Source of the DNA: Eledone cirrhosa | Taxonomy: Eukaryota | DNA: 64,000 nucleotides | Assembly (NCBI GenBank): GCA_964016885.1 | Contig: OZ024762.1 | Location: 22,940,001-23,004,000, forward strand | Direction: 5' to 3' | In this document: positions 1 through 13,759 of the stretch, in pieces | Numbering within the stretch: the stretch's first letter is position 1 | Layout: each line of letters starts with the position of its first letter | Notes under the pieces: generated by a model | The model's input: only the letters and a program-made list of their open reading frames with translations | Told to the model about the DNA's origin: nothing | Database searches by the model: none | Translations under genes and position numbers: made by a program

Positions 1-3
1 CTC

Positions 4-57
<54 letters not shown>

Positions 58-61
<4 letters not shown>

Positions 62-179
62 AAGAAAAAGAGATGAAATCGAAAATGCAACTGCAGTCTT
101 ATTTTTTTTAAAAATATATATATTTTTAAAAAAAATAAGACTCCAGTTGCATTTTCGATTTCATCTCTTTTTCTTTATA
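58..179. repeat. ~120-bp near-perfect palindrome centred on a short TA run
   Basis: ataaagaaaaagagatgaaatcgaaaatgcaact...aaaaatata is followed by its reverse complement. Confidence 0.8.
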
Positions 180-411
180 CTTTCACTCGTGTAGGACACC
201 TCGGTTATTTTTCATTTCGTAAAAAAACCCTCACTTTCTAATATATATATATAGGTTTGTTGGTTCGCCACCGGATAGAACTGGTCATTCCGTATAGTCA
301 CCGCAATGTAATATTAGGAAAAGCACTCGACTTTATCCAACTCAGTGTTTGCTATAATAAATCTTTAAGGAATTTCCCCAGTTCGGCCTCCTGCCGTGTT
401 ACTCAATTATA

Positions 412-464
<53 letters not shown>

Positions 465-466
<2 letters not shown>

Positions 467-653
467 AAAAGAGACAGGACCCCGACGACTGAGCTCCGGC
501 CGTTTCGACAGCTAGTTCAGATCTAGCTGTCGAAACGGACGAACCTCAGCCGTCTGGATCCCGATTCTTTTCCTATTACCCACTCTACTACCCTAAGTAT
601 TGAGTACTCTGGTGCGTTATGGTCCACCTGGTACCTTACCACACTCTCTTTGT

Positions 654-655
<2 letters not shown>
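465..655. mobile_element. Inverted pair of PLE pLTR fragments (family J) carrying the 3' half of a hammerhead
   Basis: gacagctag-ttcagat-ctagctgtc-GAAACGG...GCCGTC mirrored on both strands. Related copies at 18512, 24389, 37200, 54476, 55107, 58255, 60585 and 63980. Confidence 0.6.
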
Positions 656-693
<38 letters not shown>

Positions 694-822
694 GAGGTTA
701 TATTTAACTTGTTGTGATTCAATAAGCTTAAACATTTTTATAACTGATAAAAAGCACTCAACAGTTTAGTGGAGTAAATATACAATATTAGTAAATGGAA
801 ACTATATTTATAAAACCATAAT

Positions 823-888
823 TATTTTATTATATATATTTCAAGGGCTACCAAGGTAAATTATGGTACGCTTTCATCAGATAAAATA
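823..888 (-). ncRNA. Type I hammerhead ribozyme (family A)
   Basis: revcomp: attttat-CTGATGA-aag..acca..tggt..ctt-GAAA-tatata-TA-ataaaat. Confidence 0.7.
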
Positions 889-1030
889 CAGATTTGTTTT
901 ATAAGTAAATATTGACATACTCACTCACAACTCTGTATCACACTCAATTATCTCCACTATCTAGCGAATTTCAACCGTTGAGGCTGTCTTTTTTCCGGGT
1001 ATGTCAATATTTATTTATAAAACAAATCTG

Positions 1031-1096
1031 TATTTTATCTGATGAAAGCGCACCATAATTTACCTTTGTCGCCCTTGAAATATATATAATTAAATA
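1031..1096 (+). ncRNA. Type I hammerhead ribozyme (family A)
   Basis: tattttat-CTGATGA-aagcg...ccctt-GAAA-tatata-TA-attaaata. Confidence 0.65.
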
Positions 1097-1136
1097 ATTA
1101 TGATTTTATAAATATGGTTTCCATTTATTAATATTG

Positions 1137-1172
<36 letters not shown>

Positions 1173-1546
1173 TTTATTTAATTATGTCTCATATAAAATA
1201 ATACAACCAACTATCCACGAAATACAGTATAGTTAGCACACCAAACGCATAATTGGGATTATACTCAGGTATATCCCAATGTTTGTTGAGTGAGATGGAG
1301 TTGGTCAGAGTATCGCTAAACGCTTTCTCTGTTAATGTATTAAATATATATATATATATATTTTTCTTGTTCAATTGATTAAACTTAACACGATATTAAC
1401 TATTGTTTTTATATGCGGATGGCATGTCTGGGATTTTTTTCCAGCTAACCATTTCTTGTTTATATATGTGCGTCAATAATGGTAAGATGTAAATTTATTT
1501 GGTAATCATAGAATCAAAATTTCAGCACGTGCACTTCTATGAATGC

Positions 1547-1586
1547 TTCGCTAACGATACCACAATGAGAGTGAAACATATCCGAA
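1547..1586 (+). ncRNA. Degenerate minimal hammerhead
   Basis: ttcg-CTAACGA-tac..gt-GAAA-cata-TC-cgaa. Stem I ttcg/cgaa pairs, but the core G is mutated. Confidence 0.35.
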
Positions 1587-2609
1587 TACACCCATCAAAT
1601 TAGCCAAATAGTTAAAATAAATTTAGTCAACCACAAACATTTTTTTTCTCACTTTTCTTTTTTTACTCTTCTTTCTTCTCTTTTTCTTTTTGTTCTCTTT
1701 TTTTCTTTTTTCTTTTCTTTTAGTTTTTTTTCCAGTTTTTTTTTTTTTTTTTTTTTTCTTCAGTTTTTTATTTCAATTTTTTCCAGGTAATTTTTTTTCG
1801 GTTTCTTTTCGTTTTTTTTGTTTCTTCTCGTTTCAGTTTCATTTTTTTTCAGTTTCTTTTCCATATTTTTCCAGCTTTTTTTTTTCGTTCTTATTTTCGT
1901 TTTTTTTTTCGTTTTTATTTTATTTTATTTTTTTTTCATTTTCCGTTAGTCGCCATATAATTATTTCTAGCTAACTTGTTAATTTCTACATATAATTCCA
2001 TGCGAAATATGTTAACACTAACTTCTAACACACACAAAATTGATTTTGGTTTTGGTTTTCATGCAAATGGCGTTTCTCTCTCTATGAATGCAGTTAAACG
2101 CTACATTCAGAGGTTAGAAATAACAGCCGTTTTTGTCAGTAAGAATTCTGTGAATTCTCTTACTGATAATTCCTATAGCCTAGGCTCAAACGAATTCGTT
2201 AATTTTAATAATAAAGCAACACGTGTGAGTATTCGTCTGTCTGCATTCGTAATATCTTTAGTTTCCTTTCACTAAGGCCATGGCGGATCTCACCATCAAG
2301 TAGTTTTCGTCGGGGGCATCTAACTACGTACTTAGTTCTCTCTGTAGCTATTATTTAATCGATATCTATTTATTGAAAATCAAGGTTACCGGTTTTTGTG
2401 TGTGTTATTTTTGTATTTATTTATATATATTTTTTTATCTTTTGTTTGTTTTTATTAGCATTCTGATAAAGGAACGCAAAACCGGTTTTAGGCGTTGAAC
2501 ATAAACAGGAACACGGATAGTTGCATAAGCCAATAGAACACACATAAGACACACAAACACACATACACACACACACACACTCACACCTACATACATACAT
2601 ATATTCATA

Positions 2610-3505
2610 CCAAACTAGTTAGGAAATTACATGTATAATCCATTAATAGAACAGTAAAAATATGTAAAATATTCAAAAAATTCTGCATCTAATAACTGCA
2701 TGTACATATGTATATATACAATGCATGTGCAGATGCACACATATAACTCAAAATATGCACATCCATACCTGCACACTCATTCGCGCACGCATGCAGACAT
2801 GCATACATATCTACCAAATTGATATCGTTTAAATTCCATTGACTCTTGTATCTATGTTAGCAACCGGCTCTCACTCTCTATTGATAAGAATTTATAAAAT
2901 TATAAAACCTGAAGAACATACATACATACAAACATACATAGATATATATCGGTGAAGGCGTGTGGCGGAGTGGTTAGAGAATTGGATTCGCAATCGTAAG
3001 GTTGTGAGTTCGATTCCTGGACCAGGCGATGCGTTATGTCCTTGAGCAAGACACTTTATTTCACGTTGCTCCTTCTACCTGGAGTTGCGACCGATAGATA
3101 GTATTAGCAATTGGAGAGACCAACGGAAACATTGTTCCCTCGGTCCGATTTGACGAAAGTCGATCGTTCCTTTATACATATATACATACACAACTGGTTA
3201 GGAAATTACAAGTACAATCCATTAATGGAACAGTAAAAATATGTAAAACATTCCAAAAATGTTGCATCTAATAACTGCATATACACATGTACAGATACAA
3301 AGCGTATACACATGCACACATACAACTCAAAACATACACATCCACGCATACAATAACGTCCATACCTACACACACATGCATGCAGACATGCATACATATC
3401 TACCTAGTTGATGTGTAAATTCCAATGACAGAGTATTGTGTCTATTAGAAACCGACTCTCTCTGTGTTGGCAAAAATTTGTGAAATTATAAAACCAGAAC
3501 ATACA
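2610..3505 (+). repeat. Two diverged ~320-bp direct repeats (2610-2930, 3190-3505)
   Basis: aactagttaggaaattacatgtataatccattaat vs aactggttaggaaattacaagtacaatccattaat, colinear downstream. Confidence 0.7.
2953..3072 (+). mobile_element. tRNA-derived SINE fragment (CORE/V-like domain)
   Basis: A box tggcggagtgg, B box gagttcgattcc, then tgtccttgagcaagacacttta; second copy at 18697. Confidence 0.65.
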
Positions 3506-3687
3506 CACATATATACATACATACATACATACATACATACATACATACATACATACTAGGCCACCCGTAACCCGTTGCGTCATGTTCAATTAACATTTTT
3601 TTTTAAAATCATGTTCGCTTAAAAATAATCTTTAAATCATTAAAATATACAGACATATAGATAATGTAAAATGAAATTGAAAGACCC

Positions 3688-3859
<172 letters not shown>

Positions 3860-4037
3860 CTCTCTTTTACTCTACTCTCGCACAACCATTATCTATTTTT
3901 CTCCATATTTCTCTCTCAGGAACCCGTGCTCTAATTTACGCGAAACTTGTTTTATTCCATTTGTATTCTCACTTCAGGGGCAACTTCCTTTGAAAGTATT
4001 TTCCCATCATCGGCCGCTTTGGCTGTATTAAATTACA

Positions 4038-4197
4038 GCGGTGGATTGGTAGTATCTGTAGAGGGTCGAACGCTTTGCATCATAGAGTTACAGCCCTTTA
4101 TGATTTGAGTTACAGTACTTCAGTAACGTACTTGGTCAATCTAATCGACTTTCCCCTCCCCACAACTTACTGGCCTTGAGTAGATAATACAAATCAT
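4038..4197 (+). mobile_element. Degenerate copy of the major tRNA-derived SINE
   Basis: gcggtggattggtagtatctgtagagggtcg...aatcgactttcccc matches the copies at 50-57 kb. Confidence 0.6.
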
Positions 4198-4290
4198 TAA
4201 ATTACAGACAAGCACACAATCACAGAGTTTTAGCAGTATATAGATATATAAAGAGAGAGCATGAGAGATTTACACCCATGCTCGTGTATG

Positions 4291-4347
<57 letters not shown>

Positions 4348-4377
4348 AGATCAAAAGATGGTTAAAAGAATTCCATG

Positions 4378-4448
4378 TATTTTATTATGCGCATTTCAAA
4401 AACAAATATCATCATGCAATAACATTTGTGTTTTCATCAGATAAAATA
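4378..4448 (-). ncRNA. Type I hammerhead ribozyme (family B)
   Basis: tattttat-CTGATGA-aaacacaaatg...tatttgttttt-GAAA-tgcgca-TA-ataaaata. Confidence 0.8.
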
Positions 4449-4565
4449 GGAAGACATGATATGAAGGTTAAAAAACACTTGTGGATAGTGCAGTTTTAAA
4501 TCAATATATGTTGATTTAAAACTGCACTATCCACAAGTGTTTTTAACCTTCATATCATGTCTTCC

Positions 4566-4636
4566 TAGTTTATCTGATGAAAACACAAATGTTATTGCAT
4601 GATGATATTTGTTTTTGAAATGCGCATAATAAAATA
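4566..4636 (+). ncRNA. Type I hammerhead ribozyme (family B)
   Basis: tttat-CTGATGA-aaacacaaatg..tatttgttttt-GAAA-TGCGCA-TA-ataaa. Confidence 0.8.
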
Positions 4637-4757
4637 CATGGAACACTTTTAACCATCTTTTGATCTTATATATTATGTATACTCCAGTCCTACAAACTGT
4701 AGAGTGCTTCTTATCCGATATCTGCATTGCTTTATTGTACTACAATAAACCTCACCT

Positions 4758-4821
<64 letters not shown>

Positions 4822-5318
4822 GATATATATACACATGGTAAATGAAGTACTGTAATTGTCCTTTAAATAATTGAAGTTTCCCATACTAATCTGCATTGTT
4901 GTGTCGATAGCTCTCGATTACCTAAGTATTATTGTCCACATTGTATTATCTATAAAAGCTATTTTATATTACTCCTAGCAAAGAACTCCTTCACTTTCTT
5001 TTCTAATTGAAAAAGAAAAAAAATATCAGAATCTGAATCAGATTTCCATGTTTGAGAGTTCCGTTCATTTTATTTCAGTAACAATTAAGTCTACTTTATC
5101 TTATATGACTTTTCTTGTCTCTTTTTCTTCCCTTCTTCAACTCTAACATATAAATCTATGAGTCTGTTTCTAAGCTTCGTGTAGGGCATAAAACATTTAC
5201 GTTGATCTTAACTCTACTGCATATTACTACTTGTCCTTTCTTCCATCTTGGATACTTATCCACAATATTTTTTATGGCTTGCATTGCATGTCTATATTTA
5301 CGTAGCCATGGTCACACG

Positions 5319-5354
<36 letters not shown>

Positions 5355-5479
5355 AACACACGTGCGCACTTTCTCTCTTTCACACACACACACACATACA
5401 CACACACATATACACATATATACCATATATACAAATATACACATATACACACACACTTATATACACACACACACCCATA

Positions 5480-6883
<1,404 letters not shown>

Positions 6884-6949
6884 GACGTAAAATAAGAAAA
6901 TATTTTTTTAAAAAAATTTAAAAAAATTTTTTTCTTACTTAAATTTTCA

Positions 6950-7029
6950 CTCCAACTAATTAGTTTCTGCAATGGGATAAAGACGGTTATGTAATCCAAC
7001 TGTCGAGAATTCATTGCGTCATCAGGAAG
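6950..7029 (-). ncRNA. Type I hammerhead ribozyme, array copy 1
   Basis: cttc-CTGATGA-c-GCAATG..CATTGC-a-GAAA-CTAATTAG-TT-ggag on the minus strand. Confidence 0.8.
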
Positions 7030-7503
7030 TCTATTCTCAGTTAAGTCTCCAGGCAATGCGCGGACACTGGCGGCTCATATAAAAATAATAATAATTCGGT
7101 AGATCGAACAGCTTGCGAGGACTGGATTCTATGTACCGAAATTCTCACTGCTTCAAGTCAAATGGCCGATTCTAAAGAATCAATCACGTGACACAGAGGC
7201 TAGTTAGAAGGAATGGGATGGTAAGATGACTGACGCCTACTAACACCCCAAAAAAAATTTTTTAGAAGTGGTTTTGACAAGTTTGCTCGACAAATCAGTG
7301 ATTTGGAGATAAATATAGATAATTTAATATATCAACTAACATAAGCGCACAGATGCACGCCCATGCCAGCAAATACACAGGTTATGTCATAGTACCTAGG
7401 TGGTTCAATGCAGGAGAATGCAGAACAATAATATAAAGGACGTAAAATAAGAAAATATTTTTTAAAAAAATTAAAAAAAATTTTTTTCTTACTTAAATTT
7501 TCA

Positions 7504-7583
7504 CTCCAACTAATTAGTTTCTGCAATGGGATAAAGACAGTTATGTAATCCAACTGTCGAGAATTCATTGCGTCATCAGGAAG
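7504..7583 (-). ncRNA. Type I hammerhead ribozyme, array copy 2
   Basis: Same motif. Confidence 0.8.
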
Positions 7584-8057
7584 TCTATTCTCAGTTAAGT
7601 CTCCAGGCAATGCGCGGACACTGGCGGCTCATATAAAAATAATAATAATTCGGTAGATCGAACAGCTTGCGAGGACTGGATTCTATGTACCGAAATTCTC
7701 ACTGCTTCAAGTCAAATGGCCGATTCTAAAGAATCAATCACGTGACACAGAGGCTAGTTAGAAGGAATGGATGGTAAGATGACTGACGCCTACTAACACC
7801 CCAAAAAAATTTTTTTAGAAGTGGTTTTGACAAGTTTGCTCGACAAATCAGTGATTTGGAGATAAATATAGATAATTTAATATATCAACTAACATAAGCG
7901 CACAGATGCACGCCCATGCCAGCAAATACACAGGTTATGTCATAGTACCTAGGTGGTTCAATGCAGGAGAATGCAGAACAATAATATAAAGGACGTAAAA
8001 TAAGAAAATATTTTTTTAAAAAAATTTAAAAAAATTTTTTTCTTACTTAAATTTTCA

Positions 8058-8137
8058 CTCCAACTAATTAGTTTCTGCAATGGGATAAAGACAGTTATGT
8101 AATCCAACTGTCGAGAATTCATTGCGTCATCAGGAAG
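8058..8137 (-). ncRNA. Type I hammerhead ribozyme, array copy 3
   Basis: Same motif. Confidence 0.8.
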
Positions 8138-8612
8138 TCTATTCTCAGTTAAGTCTCCAGGCAATGCGCGGACACTGGCGGCTCATATAAAAATAATAAT
8201 AATTCGGTAGATCGAACAGCTTGCGAGGACTGGATTCTATGTACCGAAATTCTCACTGCTTCAAGTCAAATGGCCGATTCTAAAGAATCAATCACGTGAC
8301 ACAGAGGCTAGTTAGAAGGAATGGGATGGTAAGATGACTGACGCCTACTAACACCCCAAAAAAATTTTTTTAGAAGTGGTTTTGACAAGTTTGCTCGACG
8401 AATCAGTGATTTGGAGATAAATATAGATAATTTAATATATCAACTAACATAAGCGCACAGATGCACGCCCATGCCAGCAAATACACAGGTTATGTCATAG
8501 TACCTAGGTGGTTCAATGCAGGAGAATGCAGAACAATAATATAAAGGACGTAAAATAAGAAAATATTTTTTAAAAAAATTTAAAAAAAATTTTTTTCTTA
8601 CTTAAATTTTCA

Positions 8613-8692
8613 CTCCAACTAATTAGTTTCTGCAATGGGATAAAGACAGTTATGTAATCCAACTGTCGAGAATTCATTGCGTCATCAGGAAG
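8613..8692 (-). ncRNA. Type I hammerhead ribozyme, array copy 4
   Basis: Same motif. Confidence 0.8.
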
Positions 8693-9169
8693 TCTATTCT
8701 CAGTTAAGTCTCCAGGCAATGCGCGGACACTGGCGGCTCATATAAAAATAATAATAATTCGGTAGATCGAACAGCTTGCGAGGACTGGATTCTATGTACC
8801 GAAATTCTCACTGCTTCAAGTCAAATGGCCGATTCTAAAGAATCAATCACGTGACACAGAGGCTAGTTAGAAGGAATGGGATGGTAAGATGACTGACGCC
8901 TACTAACACCCCAAAAAAAATTTTTTTAGAAGTGGTTTTGACAAGTTTGCTCGACAAATCAGTGATTTGGAGATAAATATAGATAATTTAATATATCAAC
9001 TAACATAAGCGCACAGATGCACGCCCATGCCAGCAAATACACAGGTTATGTCATAGTACCTAGGTGGTTCAATGCAGGAGAATGCAGAACAATAATATAA
9101 AGGACGTAAAATAAGAAAATATTTTTTTAAAAAAATTTAAAAAAAATTTTTTTCTTACTTAAATTTTCA

Positions 9170-9249
9170 CTCCAACTAATTAGTTTCTGCAATGGGATAA
9201 AGACAGTTATGTAATCCAACTGTCGAGAATTCATTGCGTCATCAGGAAG
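9170..9249 (-). ncRNA. Type I hammerhead ribozyme, array copy 5
   Basis: Same motif. Confidence 0.8.
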
Positions 9250-9726
9250 TCTATTCTCAGTTAAGTCTCCAGGCAATGCGCGGACACTGGCGGCTCATAT
9301 AAAAATAATAATAATTCGGTAGATCGAACAGCTTGCGAGGACTGGATTCTATGTACCGAAATTCTCACTGCTTCAAGTCAAATGGCCGATTCTAAAGAAT
9401 CAATCACGTGACACAGAGGCTAGTTAGAAGGAATGGGATGGTAAGATGACTGACGCCTACTAACACCCCAAAAAAAATTTTTTTAGAAGTGGTTTTGACA
9501 AGTTTGCTCGACAAATCAGTGATTTGGAGATAAATATAGATAATTTAATATATCAACTAACATAAGCGCACAGATGCACGCCCATGCCAGCAAATACACA
9601 GGTTATGTCATAGTACCTAGGTGGTTCAATGCAGGAGAATGCAGAACAATAATATAAAGGACGTAAAATAAGAAAATATTTTTTTAAAAAAATTTAAAAA
9701 AAATTTTTTTCTTACTTCAATTTTCA

Positions 9727-9806
9727 CTCCAACTAATTAGTTTCTGCAATGGGATAAAGACAGTTATGTAATCCAACTGTCGAGAATTCATTGCGTCATC
9801 AGGAAG
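9727..9806 (-). ncRNA. Type I hammerhead ribozyme, array copy 6
   Basis: Same motif. Confidence 0.8.
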
Positions 9807-9875
9807 TCTATTATTATTATTTTTATATGAGCCGCCAGTGTCCGCGCATTGCCTGGAGACTTAACTGAGAATAGA

Positions 9876-9955
9876 CTTCCTGATGACGCAATGAATTCTC
9901 GACAGTTGGATTACATAACTGTCTTTATCCCATTGCAGAAACTAATTAGTTGGAG
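9876..9955 (+). ncRNA. Type I hammerhead ribozyme, array copy 7
   Basis: Stem I cttc/ggag; CTGATGA at 9880-9886; stem II GCAATG/CATTGC extended by GACAGTT/AACTGTC; GAAA; palindromic stem III CTAATTAG; GUU cleavage triplet. Confidence 0.8.
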
Positions 9956-10432
9956 TGAAAATTTAAGTAAGAAAAAAATTTTTTTTAAATTTTTTTAAAA
10001 AAATATTTTCTTATTTTACGTCCTTTATATTATTGTTCTGCATTCTCCTGCATTGAACCACCTAGGTACTATGACATAACCTGTGTATTTGCTGGCATGG
10101 GCGTGCATCTGTGCGCTTATGTTAGTTGATATATTAAATTATCTATATTTATCTCCAAATCACTGATTCGTCGAGCAAACTTGTCAAAACCACTTCTAAA
10201 AAAATTTTTTTTGGGGTGTTAGTAGGCGTCAGTCATCTTACCATCCCATTCCTTCTAACTAGCCTCTGTGTCACGTGATTGATTCTTTAGAATCGGCCAT
10301 TTGACTTGAAGCAGTGAGAATTTCGGTACATAGAATCCAGTCCTCGCAAGCTGTTCGATCTACCGAATTATTATTATTTTTATATGAGCCGCCAGTGTCC
10401 GCGCATTGCCTGGAGACTTAACTGAGAATAGA

Positions 10433-10512
10433 CTTCCTGATGACGCAATGAATTCTCGACAGTTGGATTACATAACTGTCTTTATCCCATTGCAGAAACT
10501 AATTAGTTGGAG
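10433..10512 (+). ncRNA. Type I hammerhead ribozyme, array copy 8
   Basis: Same motif. Confidence 0.8.
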
Positions 10513-10989
10513 TGAAAATTTAAGTAAGAAAAAAATTTTTTTTAAATTTTTTTAAAAAAATATTTTCTTATTTTACGTCCTTTATATTATTGTTCTGCAT
10601 TCTCCTGCATTGAACCACCTAGGTACTATGACATAACCTGTGTATTTGCTGGCATGGGCGTGCATCTGTGCGCTTATGTTAGTTGATATATTAAATTATC
10701 TATATTTATCTCCAAATCACTGATTTGTCGAGCAAACTTGTCAAAACCACTTCTAAAAAAATTTTTTTTGGGGTGTTAGTAGGCGTCAGTCATCTTACCA
10801 TCCCATTCCTTCTAACTAGCCTCTGTGTCACGTGATTGATTCTTTAGAATCGGCCATTTGACTTGAAGCAGTGAGAATTTCGGTACATAGAATCCAGTCC
10901 TCGCAAGCTGTTCGATCTACCGAATTATTATTATTTTTATATGAGCCGCCAGTGTCCGCGCATTGCCTGGAGACTTAACTGAGAATAGA

Positions 10990-11069
10990 CTTCCTGATGA
11001 CGCAATGAATTCTCGACAGTTGGATTACATAACTGTCTTTATCCCATTGCAGAAACTAATTAGTTGGAG
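10990..11069 (+). ncRNA. Type I hammerhead ribozyme, array copy 9
   Basis: Same motif. Confidence 0.8.
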
Positions 11070-11545
11070 TGAAAATTTAAGTAAGAAAAAAATTTTTTTT
11101 AAATTTTTTTAAAAAATATTTTCTTATTTTACGTCCTTTATATTATTGTTCTGCATTCTCCTGCATTGAACCACCTAGGTACTATGACATAACCTGTGTA
11201 TTTGCTGGCATGGGCGTGCATCTGTGCGCTTATGTTAGTTGATATATTAAATTATCTATATTTATCTCCAAATCACTGATTTGTCGAGCAAACTTGTCAA
11301 AACCACTTCTAAAAAAATTTTTTTTGGGGTGTTAGTAGGCGTCAGTCATCTTACCATCCCATTCCTTCTAACTAGCCTCTGTGTCACGTGATTGATTCTT
11401 TAGAATCGGCCATTTGACTTGAAGCAGTGAGAATTTCGGTACATAGAATCCAGTCCTCGCAAGCTGTTCGATCTACCGAATTATTATTATTTTTATATGA
11501 GCCGCCAGTGTCCGCGCATTGCCTGGAGACTTAACTGAGAATAGA

Positions 11546-11625
11546 CTTCCTGATGACGCAATGAATTCTCGACAGTTGGATTACATAACTGTCTTTATCC
11601 CATTGCAGAAACTAATTAGTTGGAG
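11546..11625 (+). ncRNA. Type I hammerhead ribozyme, array copy 10
   Basis: Same motif. Confidence 0.8.
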
Positions 11626-11813
11626 TGAAAATTTAAGTAAGAAAAAAATTTGTTTTAAATTTTTTTAAAAAAATATTTTCTTATTTTACGTCCTTTATAT
11701 TATTGTTCTGCATTCTCCTGCATTGAACCACCTAGGTACTATGACATAACCTGTGTATTTGCTGGCATGGGCGTGCATCTGTGCGCTTATGTTAGTTGAT
11801 ATATTAAATTATC

Positions 11814-12140
<327 letters not shown>

Positions 12141-12263
12141 AAAGTTATATTTAAAATTGTTGGGTTACAACTAGTAAATATTTATAACTGATATAAAAGC
12201 ACTCGACAAATATTTGGAGTATATTTACAATATTAAATAAATGGAAACTATATTTATAAAACC

Positions 12264-12340
12264 ATATTTATTTCATTATATATATTTCGGGGATATCATA
12301 TTAACAATATGCTATGCCTTCCTCAGACAAAATACAATAT
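12264..12340 (-). ncRNA. Hammerhead ribozyme in the 3' pLTR of the PLE
   Basis: atattgtattttgt-CTGAGGA-a-gg..catatt/aatatg..cc-GAAA-tatata-TA-atgaaataaatat. Confidence 0.7.
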
Positions 12341-13759
12341 AAATAGTTTTATAGATAAATAGATTCGACATACCGTTACAACACCGACTTCCATTTGAAG
12401 AGGTTTAAGCTGGCAGTGAAAAAATGTTACACAGAGAGAAAGAAAGAGAGAAAAAAAAGAGAGAAAAAAGAAAGAAAGACAGAAAACGAAGAAAAGGAAG
12501 AAAAAGAAGAAATGCATGGAACAAAATAGAGAGATGGAGAGATAGATAAAGTGAAGAACTTCATGTAAAGAAACAGAAAGAGATATATATATATATAGAG
12601 AGAGGAAATAGAGATAGATACATATATATATAGAAAATTAGGTAGTGGGAGGTCATTTTGAGTAAATGTATCAATGATACATTTATTTATTTATTTATTT
12701 AGCTCAAGTATTAATGTAAGGGAGATATATATAGAGAGAAAAAAATATAGAGAGAGAAAAAATAGCGAGAGAAAAAAAAAAAAAAAAAAAAATAGCCAGA
12801 TATATTCGAGGCGTAAAAACTCTATGTTTTAATGTATTAGTATATATAAAACTTACACTATATTGTAAATATCAGTATTCCTGAATGAGACAAGTATCCA
12901 TAGTGTGTGAAAATTAATTATCTTATGTTTAGTTTTTAAAAAAAATTCATATGTTTATGTGACAGCTACAAACATCCATGCGAATCCACATGATTCACTC
13001 TGCAAACTCTAAGTTCACGGAAAACATTCTCAATGTGGTATAAAAATTTGAGCATACATATATGTGTATTATTATTCCTGTCTTTACTCTACAAGATTAT
13101 CTATCAAGCAGAAATAGAGAGCAGATTTCAATATACTAATAAAAATATATATCAGAAACAAAACTAAAAAAATAAAAAGATAACAATAATAATAATAAGT
13201 AATAATAAAATAGAAAACTAAAAAAAATATTACGAAAGAATATTACATATTAAAAATATTACATATTAAAAATATTACGTATTAAAAAATATTACGTATT
13301 AAAAATTTACATATTAAAGATATTAAAAATAAAAATAAAAAATAAAAAATATTATAAAATACTACAATAATAAAAAATTAAAATAAAAATAAACCACAAA
13401 GATCAACCCTTCAAAGTTAATTGACAATATATTGCCAAGTTTATTACAAGACAAAGCCAAAAATTATCTATCAAATCACATCTAGCAAAGATCATTTGAA
13501 AAAGTTCATGATGTCCAATTTGGTCTACATATGTTCTTATATTTAATATAGAAGTTTATCTAGTGTAAGGTTTATTCAAAATATTTGGAGCATCAGCTTT
13601 TAGGGTAGCTTAATTTTTCATGAGGAATGTTTAAATAAAAATAAAATAAAAATAAACAATAAAAAAAAAAAAAAAAGAATAAAAAGAAGGAATCAAAAAT
13701 TTAGGAATCAAAAATTTATCGGCTAGTTTCCCATATAAATATAAATCAAACTAAATATA

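Larger units (their letters stand above)
690..1140. mobile_element. Palindromic non-autonomous PLE pLTR pair (family A) in (TA)n, with two hammerheads
   Basis: 790-925 and 1000-1138 are inverted copies; the sequence is similar to the pLTR of the intact PLE. Confidence 0.75.
4338..4760. mobile_element. Palindromic PLE-type pLTR pair (family B) in (TA)n, with two hammerheads
   Basis: Inverted repeat centred near 4507; another copy at 27139-27400. Confidence 0.75.

Noticed and set aside
2473-2500. Hammerhead-like ctgataa..aaaaccggtt
   Set aside because: Two core mutations and no clear stems
2953-3030. tRNA gene
   Set aside because: A/B boxes run into a SINE body; no complete cloverleaf
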